64,000 nt of DNA from a bacterium. Its GTDB lineage: Bacteria; Patescibacteriota; Microgenomatia; Curtissbacterales; GWA2-41-24. The first letter of the stretch is position 1; every line of letters starts with the position of its first letter. The stretch is from the NCBI GenBank assembly GCA_021813125.1, contig JAKALT010000004.1, positions 7,941-71,940 of the forward strand, given 5' to 3'. The translations under genes and the position numbers were made by a program. The notes beneath the pieces were generated by a model that did no database searches, was not told the origin of the DNA, and saw nothing but the letters and a program-made list of their open reading frames with translations. Shown in pieces: positions 1 to 9,428 of the stretch.

Positions 1-788
1 GCAACTTCAAAAAACTGATACGCCAGGCCGTAAAAGCCAACCTCGCGAGATGGCCAACTATAAGAGAGGATTAAAACATCGACCCTAAAATAAATCAGAT
101 TAAAAATCAATGCGACCCCAATTGGCCAGGCACCCTTTAGAAGTTTTCCGAACTCTATTTTGGAAAATTCCGGTATAAGTGAAACACTGTATTTTTTTAA
201 AATTAAAAAATAGGCAACTGCTACAAAAGTTATGCCTCCAAAAACATAGGCAGCAACATAGAGAAAGATTGAGGCCCGGGTTAAAACGGCAAAAATAGTA
301 ACCAAAAGTATTACAAAGGTCCCGATAATGCTGGCCAAGGTTGAGAGGTCATAGCGCAAGTTTTTTTGAAAAAAGGCGTTGGCGCTAGTAAAAAGTGCCT
401 GGGTAATAATTGTAAGTGAGGCGACAATAATTCCTAATTTGACAATAGGGCTGAATCCTAAACCTGAGGAAGGATTGTAAGGAAGCGCAAAACTTAAAGC
501 AATGGCAACTGCTGCCAAAAGTAATGACACCAATAGCCGCAAGCCGAAAAGGCAGCGAATCAAATTATTTGTTGCTGCTTTTGCTTCCAGTTTGATGTAA
601 ATTGCATTAAAACCAAAGTCTGCAAGAGTGTAAAAGTAACCGACGAAAGTAAAGACTTTGGTGAAATCTCCATAACCTGCAGGGCCCAGGGTGCGGCCGA
701 TTAAGATTGTTATCAGAAGACTTGATGAGGCTGTTACAAACTTGCCTAAAGTTTGTGAAGCAGTGTTGTAAATTACTTTTTTAAACAT
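1..788 (-). CDS. Wzx-type oligosaccharide flippase (partial, runs off window)
   Basis: ATG at 788 reads MFKKVIYNTASQTLGKFVTASSSLLITILIGRTLGPAGYGDFTKVFTFVGYFYTLADFGF, a typical polysaccharide flippase N-terminus (R-x-LG-xxxYG ... DFG). Not in the ORF track because it is truncated by the window. Confidence 0.8.
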   Translation of the reverse strand, partial: MFKKVIYNTASQTLGKFVTASSSLLITILIGRTLGPAGYGDFTKVFTFVGYFYTLADFGFNAIYIKLEAKAATNNLIRCLFGLRLLVSLLLAAVAIALSFALPYNPSSGLGFSPIVKLGIIVASLTIITQALFTSANAFFQKNLRYDLSTLASIIGTFVILLVTIFAVLTRASIFLYVAAYVFGGITFVAVAYFLILKKYSVSLIPEFSKIEFGKLLKGAWPIGVALIFNLIYFRVDVLILSYSWPSREVGFYGLAYQFFEV

Positions 789-803
789 CTAAAGGTAAAT
801 ATA

Positions 804-2027
804 TCAGGAAGCGGATTGCTTTTGCGAACTTAAAATCCAGCTCAGCGAAAGCCAAAATATTAAGAGCCCCTGCTGGAGGGTCCAGAGGAAATGGTCTATT
901 GATGAAAAAATTAAAATGGCAATAAAAATGGCTGTTTTTTCTTTTGTTTGTGCCTTTTGGGAGACGGCAAAAAGAAAAAGCGTAAAAAACAAAAGCCCAA
1001 ATAAGCCATTTTCGGCAAGAACTAAAAGAAAAACGTTATGAACTGGCTGAAGAAGTCTAATCTGGGATATAGAAGTTAAATCCAGTTTGGAAAGCTCCAG
1101 TATAAAATTGCCTGCACCTACTCCAAATATAAGATTTTTGAGCGAAATGTTTAACGCAGCCTGGATTAAAGTTAGACGTTCGGCAACCGAAGCAACTTGG
1201 GTAGTTGTAGCAATTTTAGCCAAGAGCAGCACAATTAGGCCCAATAACATGCTTTTTAGTACAAACTCCTTAAGGTTATTTGACATGACTATAAAAGCCG
1301 TTATAAAAGTTAAGATTGCCCCTTTTGAAAAGGTAAGGACAGTTGCTGTTACACTTGTAAGAAACGTCGTTTTGTTTGGCTTTGAGGAAATTAAAATTAT
1401 TGTGTATATTACCAAAAATGCACCCAGAACGTTAGGGTGGGAGAAAGTTCCATATGGCCTTAGAAGTTGGTAACCAAAAAACTCAAAGTGGGCTATGTCG
1501 GGAGTAGTTGAGTTAAAAGATCTTTCACCCAAAATCCAAAGGCCTAAAGATCTTTGATATAAAAATTGCAAAAATACAACCACTGATTGCCATACAAGCG
1601 AAAAGGTAATTACCCCAGGAATTAATGCTTTGAGTTTATGATCTGAAAAATCATAAGCTGCAAAAACCGAAAGCAGGCCGAATTCGAAAATTTTTGCGAA
1701 CAGGTAAAGTGATGCTTGTTTCGAAACAGATGATATTAATGAATTGATTAATAAGAAGGCTAAAAAAGAAACAATACTTATAAGGTAAAACAACCTTTGA
1801 TTGTAAAATTTTTTAAAATCTGACCTTGTTTTTTTGCCACCTGCAAATATTCCAAAAACAGCAGTTACCAAGTAAGAAACAATAACTATGTCGGATAAAT
1901 ACAAATTTTGGGCACGGTAGTCTATTGGAATACCAAGCACATACGAATAATAGGGGAAAAAGAATTTGCCAAGCTGAATTGGAACGGCCGCTAAGATGAG
2001 CAGAAAGAGTATCTTTCTTTTTGGCAT
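804..2027 (-). CDS. O-antigen ligase/polymerase family membrane protein
   Basis: Multi-TM protein with RPYGTFSHPNVLG, GVGAGNF and PVHNVFLLVLAENGLFG (Wzy_C/WaaL-type motifs). Confidence 0.8.
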   Translation of the reverse strand: MPKRKILFLLILAAVPIQLGKFFFPYYSYVLGIPIDYRAQNLYLSDIVIVSYLVTAVFGIFAGGKKTRSDFKKFYNQRLFYLISIVSFLAFLLINSLISSVSKQASLYLFAKIFEFGLLSVFAAYDFSDHKLKALIPGVITFSLVWQSVVVFLQFLYQRSLGLWILGERSFNSTTPDIAHFEFFGYQLLRPYGTFSHPNVLGAFLVIYTIILISSKPNKTTFLTSVTATVLTFSKGAILTFITAFIVMSNNLKEFVLKSMLLGLIVLLLAKIATTTQVASVAERLTLIQAALNISLKNLIFGVGAGNFILELSKLDLTSISQIRLLQPVHNVFLLVLAENGLFGLLFFTLFLFAVSQKAQTKEKTAIFIAILIFSSIDHFLWTLQQGLLIFWLSLSWILSSQKQSAS

Positions 2028-2045
2028 TAAATTTTGTGGACAGCT

Positions 2046-2522
2046 TTATTTGGGTTTTATTATTAAATACCTGGCGTCGCCTTCACCCTCTGATATTGTG
2101 GTCACGGCTGGGTGATTTGTAAGATAGGCGTGGATTACTCTTCTTTCGGAAGGCTTAAGATTATAAAGAATTTCTTCTTTGCCGGTCTCTTCTACCCGTT
2201 GGGCTATTGAATCTGCCATTTTTTCCAATCTTTGCTCTTTTTGTTTACGCCAACCGTCAATATCGAGAAAAACCTCAAAGTCGTCATTTTTTGTTTGTGA
2301 TTTAAGCCGGACGGCCAAAACAAACTGCAAACTTTCGAGGTTTGCTCCGAGTTTGCCGATGAGAAGAGATGAGTCTTTTGATGACACATCCACAAAATAA
2401 GTGTTGTCTATTTTGGAAATTTCGGCTGTTGCGGAAACGTCCAGAAGTTCAATTAATTCCTTGACGTTTTGAGCAACCAAATTTTCGTCCAGCTTAACTG
2501 CTGATGTCTGTGTTTTTGGCAT
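2046..2522 (-). CDS. jag: Jag/EloR-type KH + R3H RNA-binding protein
   Basis: KH-like LLIGKLGANLESLQ, R3H motif ERRVIH, and position downstream of yidC. Confidence 0.88.
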   Translation of the reverse strand: MPKTQTSAVKLDENLVAQNVKELIELLDVSATAEISKIDNTYFVDVSSKDSSLLIGKLGANLESLQFVLAVRLKSQTKNDDFEVFLDIDGWRKQKEQRLEKMADSIAQRVEETGKEEILYNLKPSERRVIHAYLTNHPAVTTISEGEGDARYLIIKPK

Positions 2523-2525
2523 ATA

Positions 2526-3350
2526 TCATTTCTTCCAATTTTCCGGCAGATATTTATTAAACGATCCTGCGCCAGAAATCAAATATTGTTGAATGATGCC
2601 GATTATAGTAAAAGTGTTCCAATAAAGCGAGAGGCCAACCGGGAATCCGTACGAAAAGAAAGCTATCATTGCCGGCATTATTAATGACATTTGTGATTGC
2701 ATGGAGGCCATTGCATCTTCCATACTTTCTTTTTCCTTTTCTTTGGTTTTAGGTTTTATGGCTTGAGTTTGGGCCGTTGGCATAAGCATTTTTGACTGAA
2801 CATATTGGAAAAGACCAGTTAAAATCGGGATTATCAAAATGAAAAAGCCAATATGGGCCCAGTCACTTGGTTTATTTTCAAGCCGCAATCCAAAAAAGAA
2901 CGTGTTGGGAATTTTATCAAGGTGCATGGCGGAAAAGTATATTTTAGAGTTGATCTTAGTTAGAAAATCTGTTTTTGTTGGATCAACTATTTCCAAAAGA
3001 ACTCTGTAAAGGGCAATAAACACAGGTATTTGAACTAACAACGGTAAACAGCCAGCCAGCGGGTTGACTCCGTGTTCCTTGTAAAGTTTGGTTACCTCCT
3101 CCTGGTGGCGAACTTTATCTTGACCGTGTTCGGCTTTAATTCGGTCAAGATGGGGCTTTAAGGCTGCCATCTTTTGAGTGCTCTTGAGCTGAGCCGCAGT
3201 AAGAGGCCAAAGGATAAGCCTTACAATGATTGTCAAAATAATTATTGCCAGTCCAAGAGCGCCAGGAATATGAATAAATAGAAAAACCTTATAAAAAACA
3301 ATAAGTAAGTTTAAGATTGGGGTTATAAGAAGTGCGTCAAACGGGTTCAT
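2526..3350 (-). CDS. yidC: Membrane protein insertase YidC/Oxa1 family
   Basis: AIIILTIIVRLILWPL, LYKEHGVNPLAGCLPLLVQIPVFIALY and GLSLYW motifs. Start placed at ATG 3350 just after yidD (the ORF track extends to 3365). Confidence 0.95.
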   Translation of the reverse strand: MNPFDALLITPILNLLIVFYKVFLFIHIPGALGLAIIILTIIVRLILWPLTAAQLKSTQKMAALKPHLDRIKAEHGQDKVRHQEEVTKLYKEHGVNPLAGCLPLLVQIPVFIALYRVLLEIVDPTKTDFLTKINSKIYFSAMHLDKIPNTFFFGLRLENKPSDWAHIGFFILIIPILTGLFQYVQSKMLMPTAQTQAIKPKTKEKEKESMEDAMASMQSQMSLIMPAMIAFFSYGFPVGLSLYWNTFTIIGIIQQYLISGAGSFNKYLPENWKK

Positions 3351-3351
3351 A

Positions 3352-3549
3352 TTAAGCTGGGTCAAAATAGGATCTTTTCGATAATGGATGGCAAGATAAA
3401 ACTCTCAAGGCTCCTTTTGCGGCACCTTTTATTAGCCCGTATTTGTTGATGGCGTCTAGCATATACTCGGAGCAGGTGGGGTCGTATCTGCATGCCCTGA
3501 CGTTAGACGGGAAAAGGATGTGATAAATGTTATACAAAATTCTGATCAT
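3352..3549 (-). CDS. yidD: Membrane protein insertion efficiency factor YidD
   Basis: [10 protein letters not shown]...AINKYG...RVLSCHP motif and synteny. Confidence 0.93.
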   Translation of the reverse strand: MIRILYNIYHILFPSNVRACRYDPTCSEYMLDAINKYGLIKGAAKGALRVLSCHPLSKRSYFDPA

Positions 3550-3551
3550 AT

Positions 3552-3836
3552 TTAGATAAGACTTTTTATTTGCGGCATAAGTTTTTTGGCAACGTCTGCT
3601 AATTTTAGTCCCGATAAGTCCTTTTTGACAATTATCCTTAGATCTCCTTTTAATTTCATATCTTGTAAAATTTCCCTGATCAATCTTTTTATCCTATTTC
3701 TTGAAACCGCCTTTGGGGCTGTTCTTTTGGTAATTATTATTGTCTGTTTTACTTTTTCCCCCTTCTTGAAGCTTATTACAAAATCGCCTGACTGGTTTTT
3801 TGATGGTAAACTTTCGCCTTTTGGGGAAAATGACAT
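3552..3836 (-). CDS. rnpA: Ribonuclease P protein component (short, divergent)
   Basis: RNR motif [14 protein letters not shown]; lies between rpmH and yidD with a TAATG overlap. Confidence 0.85.
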   Translation of the reverse strand: MSFSPKGESLPSKNQSGDFVISFKKGEKVKQTIIITKRTAPKAVSRNRIKRLIREILQDMKLKGDLRIIVKKDLSGLKLADVAKKLMPQIKSLI

Positions 3837-3973
3837 TAAACGGCTAGCTTTGCCCTGCTTTTTGCCCTTCTTCTTTTGAGGACTTTTCTGCCGCCTGCGG
3901 TTTGCATTCGCTTTCTAAATCCGTGGGTTCTGGCCCTCTTTTTTTTCTTCGGTTGATAAGTGCGTTTTGGCAT
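3836..3973 (-). CDS. rpmH: 50S ribosomal protein L34
   Basis: [38 protein letters not shown]; true start is ATG 3973. Confidence 0.97.
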   Translation of the reverse strand: MPKRTYQPKKKKRARTHGFRKRMQTAGGRKVLKRRRAKSRAKLAV

Positions 3974-4029
3974 GGGAAAAGCATATATGAGAAGCTTAAA
4001 ATTTGCAAGAGGTGAGGCTAAATTTGTAG

Positions 4030-4038
4030 TTATCCACA
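4030..4038 (+). promoter_or_regulatory. Perfect DnaA box TTATCCACA
   Basis: Exact consensus in the rpmH-dnaA intergenic region. Confidence 0.8.
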
Positions 4039-4189
4039 AAAATTTTAGCCGCTTGACAAGTGTTTATAAGTTTTGCAATGATAAATGCCGGAGCAAAAAA
4101 CAAGATCTTCTTTTCCTGCAAGATCAGATCTTCATAAGCCTGCAAGCGCGTTCGAGCGAAAGCTCCAAAAATTTATACATATTTATTGA

Positions 4190-5548
4190 ATGCAAAAAGA
4201 CGGACAAAAAGTCTGGAGTGATGTTTGCTCTCGGCTAAAACTACAAGTTTCTACGTCGGCTTTTAGGACCTGGTTTTCTGGGTCCTTTGTTTTGGACTCA
4301 AAGCAAGACGGCGGAAAAGTTCTTTTGGTTATTGGCCTAAAAAACAATTTCTTGAAGGAGCAGGTTGAAAACCGCTATATGGATATTGTTGCCCGGGCCA
4401 TTTCGGAGTGCGGCTACAAAGACACCTCGGCAATTTTTGTAGTCGCCAACAGAGAAGTGAAAGCCGATTCAATCGGGGCACCAATTTTTACAGGTATTGT
4501 GCCCGAGATGATTGTAAAAAATATCAGGTCTGATTCCCTTAATCCAAACCATACATTTAGTAATTTTGTCGTGGGGTATTCAAATAATCTCGCGTATTTG
4601 GCCGCTTCCAAGGTGGCCGGCAATTTAGGCGGAGCCTACAACCCCCTCATGATTTACGGCTCTGTCGGTGTCGGGAAAACCCATCTTTTGCAGGCTGTCG
4701 GGAACCAAGTGCTTTCAAGAGTGCTAGATTCTAAAGTACTTTACGTAACATCCGAAAAGTTTACAAATGATTTTTTAGAGTCGCTACGCAATAAAACACA
4801 GGCTTCTTTTAGACAAAAATACCGCAGCGTTGACCTCCTTTTGGTAGACGATATCCAATTCTTGGCCGGTAAAGAAAGCACTCAGGATGAATTTTTCCAC
4901 ACGTTTAACGAAATCTGCCTTTCGGGGAAGCAAGTCGTTTTGGCAAGCGATAGGCATCCAAAAGAGTTGGGTCGCCTTAAAGAAAGGTTAGTTAGTCGAT
5001 TTTTGGGTGGAATGACAGCTGATATCGGGTTACCTGATTTGGAAATGAGAATGGCAATTATTCGTGCAAAGTGCGCCGAGCGGGGGATAAAGCTTGACCA
5101 CGAGCTGGTCAGTTGGGTTGCCAAGGAAAGCACGGGTGGGGTAAGGGAACTTGAAGGTATGCTTACTTCAATGCTTGCCTACATGAAAATCAATGCCGGA
5201 AAAGCCACAGTTGAAGAGATTAAGTCGGCTGTTTCCAGTAATAGACCTTCTATTAAAAATCCGCCAACGCCAGGTAGGGTTATTGAGGCTGTTTGCCGAC
5301 ACTTTAAGGTTGACTCTATCTCTTTGCGCGGCTCAAGTCGAAAAGCAGCAATTGTTCTGGCAAGGCAAGTTCTAATGTACTTTTTGAGGACAGAGCTGGG
5401 TTTGCCCCTTGAGCAAATCGGTGACCTTGTTGGGGGCCGCGACCATTCTACTGTAATTCATGGAGTTGAAAAGATTTCCAGGTTGATTTCGGCAAGCCAA
5501 AAGAAGAAGGATGATATTTTGAGAATTCAGTCTTTAATCCACGCGTAA
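4190..5548 (+). CDS. dnaA: Chromosomal replication initiator DnaA
   Basis: YNPLMIYGSVGVGKTHLLQA, LLLVDDIQF and GGRDHSTVIH motifs. Confidence 0.99.
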   Translation: MQKDGQKVWSDVCSRLKLQVSTSAFRTWFSGSFVLDSKQDGGKVLLVIGLKNNFLKEQVENRYMDIVARAISECGYKDTSAIFVVANREVKADSIGAPIFTGIVPEMIVKNIRSDSLNPNHTFSNFVVGYSNNLAYLAASKVAGNLGGAYNPLMIYGSVGVGKTHLLQAVGNQVLSRVLDSKVLYVTSEKFTNDFLESLRNKTQASFRQKYRSVDLLLVDDIQFLAGKESTQDEFFHTFNEICLSGKQVVLASDRHPKELGRLKERLVSRFLGGMTADIGLPDLEMRMAIIRAKCAERGIKLDHELVSWVAKESTGGVRELEGMLTSMLAYMKINAGKATVEEIKSAVSSNRPSIKNPPTPGRVIEAVCRHFKVDSISLRGSSRKAAIVLARQVLMYFLRTELGLPLEQIGDLVGGRDHSTVIHGVEKISRLISASQKKKDDILRIQSLIHA

Positions 5549-5773
5549 AGTAATTTTTTCCACGCAAGTTTTTTGTTTTTAACCCTAAAGCCTGGCTTTT
5601 ACACAATTTTTTGAACTCCAATTTAAATTTGCGGCCTGTGAGTTGTCAACTTATCAACATTACTTTAACTATGACTGCGGTTTAAAGAACCTATTTAGTA
5701 AGTGTAGATTTGAAGCTTTTATCTGTATATAATAGAGGTGCTATAATCCCCAAGGTCTGCCCCATGCACAATT
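5549..5773. other. Candidate oriC (dnaA-dnaN intergenic)
   Basis: AT-rich 225-bp spacer with DnaA-box-like TTTTCCACG (~5556) and TTATCAACA (5651-5659). The + strand looks A-rich to the left and G/T-rich to the right of this area (visual impression only). Confidence 0.6.
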
Positions 5774-6913
5774 ATGAAAGTGGTAATTTCTAAAGCCGAT
5801 CTTTTAAAAACACTTATTGTTGCAAGCAGGTCAATGCTTTCTAAGGCAAACTTACCGATTCTTTCAAATATTTTGATTGACGCGTCGGGCGGAAAGCTTG
5901 AGGTGGTTACCACCAATCTTGAAACCGCCGTTAAGGCAAGCGTTAAGTGCCAGGTGGATGCAGAGGGTAAAGTGACCGTTCCGGGCAAGGTTTTTCTGGA
6001 ATACGTGTCCCAGATACCCGAAGGGGAAATTTTGCTAGAAAAGCTCGGCGAGGAAGTGGTGGTTTCAACAAAAGGCTATAATGCGCGCTTTGCGACAATG
6101 CCTTCCGAGGAGTTTCCGGCGATACCAAAAATAACAGGCGGGAAGCTTTTAAATATTGATAGCCAAAAGTTTTTAGATAGTGTTACCAAGGTTTCTTTCG
6201 CTGCGGCCCAGGATGAAAGCAGGCCTGTTCTTTCCGGTGTTTTTGTAGAATTTAACAAAAAAGGCATGATTATGGTTGCAACGGATGGTTACCGGTTAAG
6301 CTATAACGAAACTGTAGTTGAGGCCGGTGAAGGATTATCGGGTCTTGGCTTGGTGATTCCCGCGAAGTCAATTGTTGAGGCTTCAAAAATAATTGGCGAA
6401 GCAGGAGAAGAGGGCGGAAAGGTGACTGTTGTAGTAGCTGAAAATCTTAGCCAGGTGAATTTTAAAATCGGAGAGGTGGAATTTACCTCCCGGCTTATCG
6501 AAGGCGAGTTCCCGGCATGGCAAAAGATAATCCCGACAAATTTTGCAACGAAGGCGGTTGTTCCCAAGCAGGATTTCATAAATGTTGTTCGGGCCGCCTC
6601 GATTTTTGCAAGGGAATCAGGAAGCATTGTCAAGCTTAAGCTTGAGCCTGGCAAGAATGGCCAGGGTAGCTTAGGTTTGAGTGCGGCGACAGCGCAGGTA
6701 GGCTCCGGAGATGCCCAGGTTTCTACTCAGCTAGACGGCAAGGGTGGGGAGATTGCTTTTAACTTCCGATATTTGCTGGAAGCGCTTTCGGTTATTGGTG
6801 GGGAAGACGTGGTTTTTGAGATGAACGAGAGCTTGAACCCCGGTAGGATGACGTCAACTGATCCCAAGGATAAGTTTTTCCATATTGTTATGCCTGTGCG
6901 GCTGCAAGGGTAA
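5774..6913 (+). CDS. dnaN: DNA polymerase III beta sliding clamp
   Basis: LPILSNILI, SRPVLSGV, VATDGYRLS, SRLIEGEFP and C-terminal VMPVR. Confidence 0.99.
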   Translation: MKVVISKADLLKTLIVASRSMLSKANLPILSNILIDASGGKLEVVTTNLETAVKASVKCQVDAEGKVTVPGKVFLEYVSQIPEGEILLEKLGEEVVVSTKGYNARFATMPSEEFPAIPKITGGKLLNIDSQKFLDSVTKVSFAAAQDESRPVLSGVFVEFNKKGMIMVATDGYRLSYNETVVEAGEGLSGLGLVIPAKSIVEASKIIGEAGEEGGKVTVVVAENLSQVNFKIGEVEFTSRLIEGEFPAWQKIIPTNFATKAVVPKQDFINVVRAASIFARESGSIVKLKLEPGKNGQGSLGLSAATAQVGSGDAQVSTQLDGKGGEIAFNFRYLLEALSVIGGEDVVFEMNESLNPGRMTSTDPKDKFFHIVMPVRLQG

Positions 6914-6924
6914 AATAGAGTTGT

Positions 6925-7230
6925 ATGTCATTTAAACCTGTAGGCAGCTTGATTAGCACTTCTGTTGTCCGTTCTAAAACTCCCGATGCGATTTTGGCCT
7001 TAAGGGTTAGGCAAATAGCAAAAGAGGCAATAAACAGAGAATTGTTTGATATGCCAAGGGATTTGCTTGCCGCAATTAAGGTTAAATCATACAGAAAGGG
7101 TGTCCTTATGGTATCTGCTCCACAACTTTTAGCTGCAGAACTTCAGATGCGCTCTGGTGGGCTGAAGGAAACTATTAATAGAGGGCTCGGCGGAAAGATT
7201 GTTAAGGGTTTACGGTTTCGGGTTTCTTGA
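6925..7230 (+). CDS. DciA/DUF721-like protein
   Basis: 101-aa basic protein after dnaN with GVLMVSAP...AAELQM...INRGLG...VKGLRF, a DUF721-like pattern. Confidence 0.6.
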   Translation: MSFKPVGSLISTSVVRSKTPDAILALRVRQIAKEAINRELFDMPRDLLAAIKVKSYRKGVLMVSAPQLLAAELQMRSGGLKETINRGLGGKIVKGLRFRVS

Positions 7231-8218
7231 AAAACTTTTCTTGAATTGCCGGTAAGGCAAAAGTGAGATAAACTTGTGAATTATTAACCGTTGCCTGGCC
7301 GTCAAAGGCCCAAATGGGCTGAATTGGGGCACTTAGGTCTGCCGGTATAAAGTAGGCAAGGCGAGGATTGTAGGCTGTTACTTTATCAATAGAGCTTATT
7401 TGCGAAGCATAACCGCCAAGACCTTCAATTAAAATTATGGACCCCTTCCCGTTTTGAAGGGCCTGAACAGCCTCGGCATATTTTATTAAGGGATATTTGC
7501 TAAGCGGTTTGGAGTTTTCCAGAGGGCTGAAATTAAAAGAGGTCACCTGGCCAGATATATCAACAGACGCATTAGTGGCGAAGGAGTTGGTGATTGTTGG
7601 TATTTCCGAGAAGGTATAGCCAAAGTTTAGATTTATTTGATCTGCTTGGTTTGGATCTTGGGTATCAACTATATTATCGCCAACAATAGCTTCGAGTTTG
7701 CTTTCTGCTAGATTAAGTCTGCTTGTATCAAGGCCAAGGCTTGATAAGTATTTTTTGGCAATTTCAGCTGCCTGATCCTTGTTGAATTTGCCTTTTTGGG
7801 GCTTAAGATTCAGTTTTTGGTAGGATATTGAATTTTTGTATACAGACAAAACACTATTTTGGCCTGCGTATATGTTACCCTGCCCCAGGTTCACATCTTT
7901 TGTTTGTATCGGGCTCTTGTCGATTCCGAGCTTAGAAGCAAGGGCGGCGGATTCTTTGAGGAAGTCATTGTTTTGTTTAATGGCATATGTCGGCAGCAAG
8001 TAAATGATATTTTTGGGTTCATTTAGGTTCTGGGTATCCAGGCTCTTTACTTTGATTGAGAATATAGCAAGTTGGGGCGGGTTTAATAAAGGAAGCTGAC
8101 TAATTTTTTTGTTTAGGTAAATTATTGTTATTGCAAAGATTAGAATAATAACCGCTGCCGAGGCTAGGATTATGCCGGTATATTTTTTTATAAATTGAGA
8201 AATTACAGTTAAGTTCAT
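7202..8218 (-). CDS. Membrane-anchored exported hypothetical protein
   Basis: 338-aa ORF with one N-terminal TM helix; last gene of the minus-strand operon. Confidence 0.75.
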   Translation of the reverse strand: MNLTVISQFIKKYTGIILASAAVIILIFAITIIYLNKKISQLPLLNPPQLAIFSIKVKSLDTQNLNEPKNIIYLLPTYAIKQNNDFLKESAALASKLGIDKSPIQTKDVNLGQGNIYAGQNSVLSVYKNSISYQKLNLKPQKGKFNKDQAAEIAKKYLSSLGLDTSRLNLAESKLEAIVGDNIVDTQDPNQADQINLNFGYTFSEIPTITNSFATNASVDISGQVTSFNFSPLENSKPLSKYPLIKYAEAVQALQNGKGSIILIEGLGGYASQISSIDKVTAYNPRLAYFIPADLSAPIQPIWAFDGQATVNNSQVYLTFALPAIQEKFFKKPETVNP

Positions 8219-8847
8219 GGTGCACTAGTTATTGTTATACCGCATGGGTCTGGATCGCAATATCTGGGAACAGAAACTGGAACATGCGGAGGGTCGCTTA
8301 TGGAATATGACCTATTTTGATACCTGTTAAATTGATAATGGGTGTGGGCTCCTGTGCCCTCCGTTCCAGAAAGACCTATTTGTTGTCCGAACACTACAGT
8401 GTCGCCAACATTAACATTGGTTGCAGAAAGATGCCAATAATAAACTACGTCAAGGCCTGGGCAATTTGGGGTTACAGTTATACGTTGGTCAAAGTTATCG
8501 CCTTTATTTTTAAAATTTTCAGTTACAGTGCCAGAGACAGTTGCGTAAACGGGGGTTCCAATTGGTGTGCCGATATCTATAGCTTCAAGTTCACCGTTAC
8601 CTATGAGTACCGGGGGGTCGCCATGAGAAGTGTGACCCATTGGCCCTTGAGTTATGTAACCTGTTGTGGCCCAGCCTTGCGGGCAATTACTGCTAACCGT
8701 GCCAATTTGCACTACTGCCCTTGCCGTGCCTTGATAAGTTGTGGCGGAGGATTGAATTGGGAAAATTGCTGAAACTAAAAAGAAAAAGGCGAGAAAGAGC
8801 TTTATTTTTAAGTTTGAGAGAACCTTAATCTTTAGTTTTTTTGTCAT
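8215..8847 (-). CDS. M23 family peptidase
   Basis: Signal peptide; AIDIGTPIGTPVYATVSG, YWHLS, QQIGLSGTEGTGAHTHYQ (M23 HxH). Confidence 0.85.
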   Translation of the reverse strand: MTKKLKIKVLSNLKIKLFLAFFFLVSAIFPIQSSATTYQGTARAVVQIGTVSSNCPQGWATTGYITQGPMGHTSHGDPPVLIGNGELEAIDIGTPIGTPVYATVSGTVTENFKNKGDNFDQRITVTPNCPGLDVVYYWHLSATNVNVGDTVVFGQQIGLSGTEGTGAHTHYQFNRYQNRSYSISDPPHVPVSVPRYCDPDPCGITITSAP

Positions 8848-9428
8848 TGTTTTTCGAAAATGTATTTACCATTCTGCTTTACGACTTTAGGAAATTCTGC
8901 AGAAGGATTTAGCCAAGACTCGGCCGTTTTTTGGTTTTGAAAGTTGTCGGCCCAGATGATGTAGAGTGCGGACGGATTAACCCCGTTTGAGGTGAGAAAA
9001 TCGTAGAGAGAGCTTGCCGTATCCCGAAAATCCTGGACTGTTAGTGGAAATTTCGGGTCTTCTTTTAGGGTAGTAAAATCAATGCCAATTATCGCGACAT
9101 GAAGTTCGTAAAGATCGGGGGTTTTAACGAAGGCCAGGTAAGAAACTTTGGTGCCGGTTGAGGTTGTAATCGTTTGGTTGTGGGGCAGCTTAGGTTTTAT
9201 AAGGTCAAGGGCATTTTTGGACAGTTGTACTTCGGGGGCGGTTGTGTCGAGTTTACCGTTTGAAACAGGTTGTTGGCTCGATGGCGGAGGGGTATATCTT
9301 GGTTTTGCCCTACGGATCGCTTGTTGGGCAACTATTGCTATTGATAAGATGAGAATTACCAGGCCGGCCAACAAGAAAAACTTGTGGCGAATGAAGGTAT
9401 TTTGGATTTTGTTTAAAGAAAATGTCAT
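8844..9428 (-). CDS. Membrane-anchored hypothetical protein
   Basis: N-terminal TM helix; ATGA overlaps with both neighbours. Confidence 0.75.
   Translation of the reverse strand: MTFSLNKIQNTFIRHKFFLLAGLVILILSIAIVAQQAIRRAKPRYTPPPSSQQPVSNGKLDTTAPEVQLSKNALDLIKPKLPHNQTITTSTGTKVSYLAFVKTPDLYELHVAIIGIDFTTLKEDPKFPLTVQDFRDTASSLYDFLTSNGVNPSALYIIWADNFQNQKTAESWLNPSAEFPKVVKQNGKYIFEKQ

Noticed and set aside
3974-4238. N-terminal extension of L34 and ORF 3960-4238
   Set aside because: L34 homology starts at MPKRT (3973); the region is the rpmH/dnaA promoter with a DnaA box.
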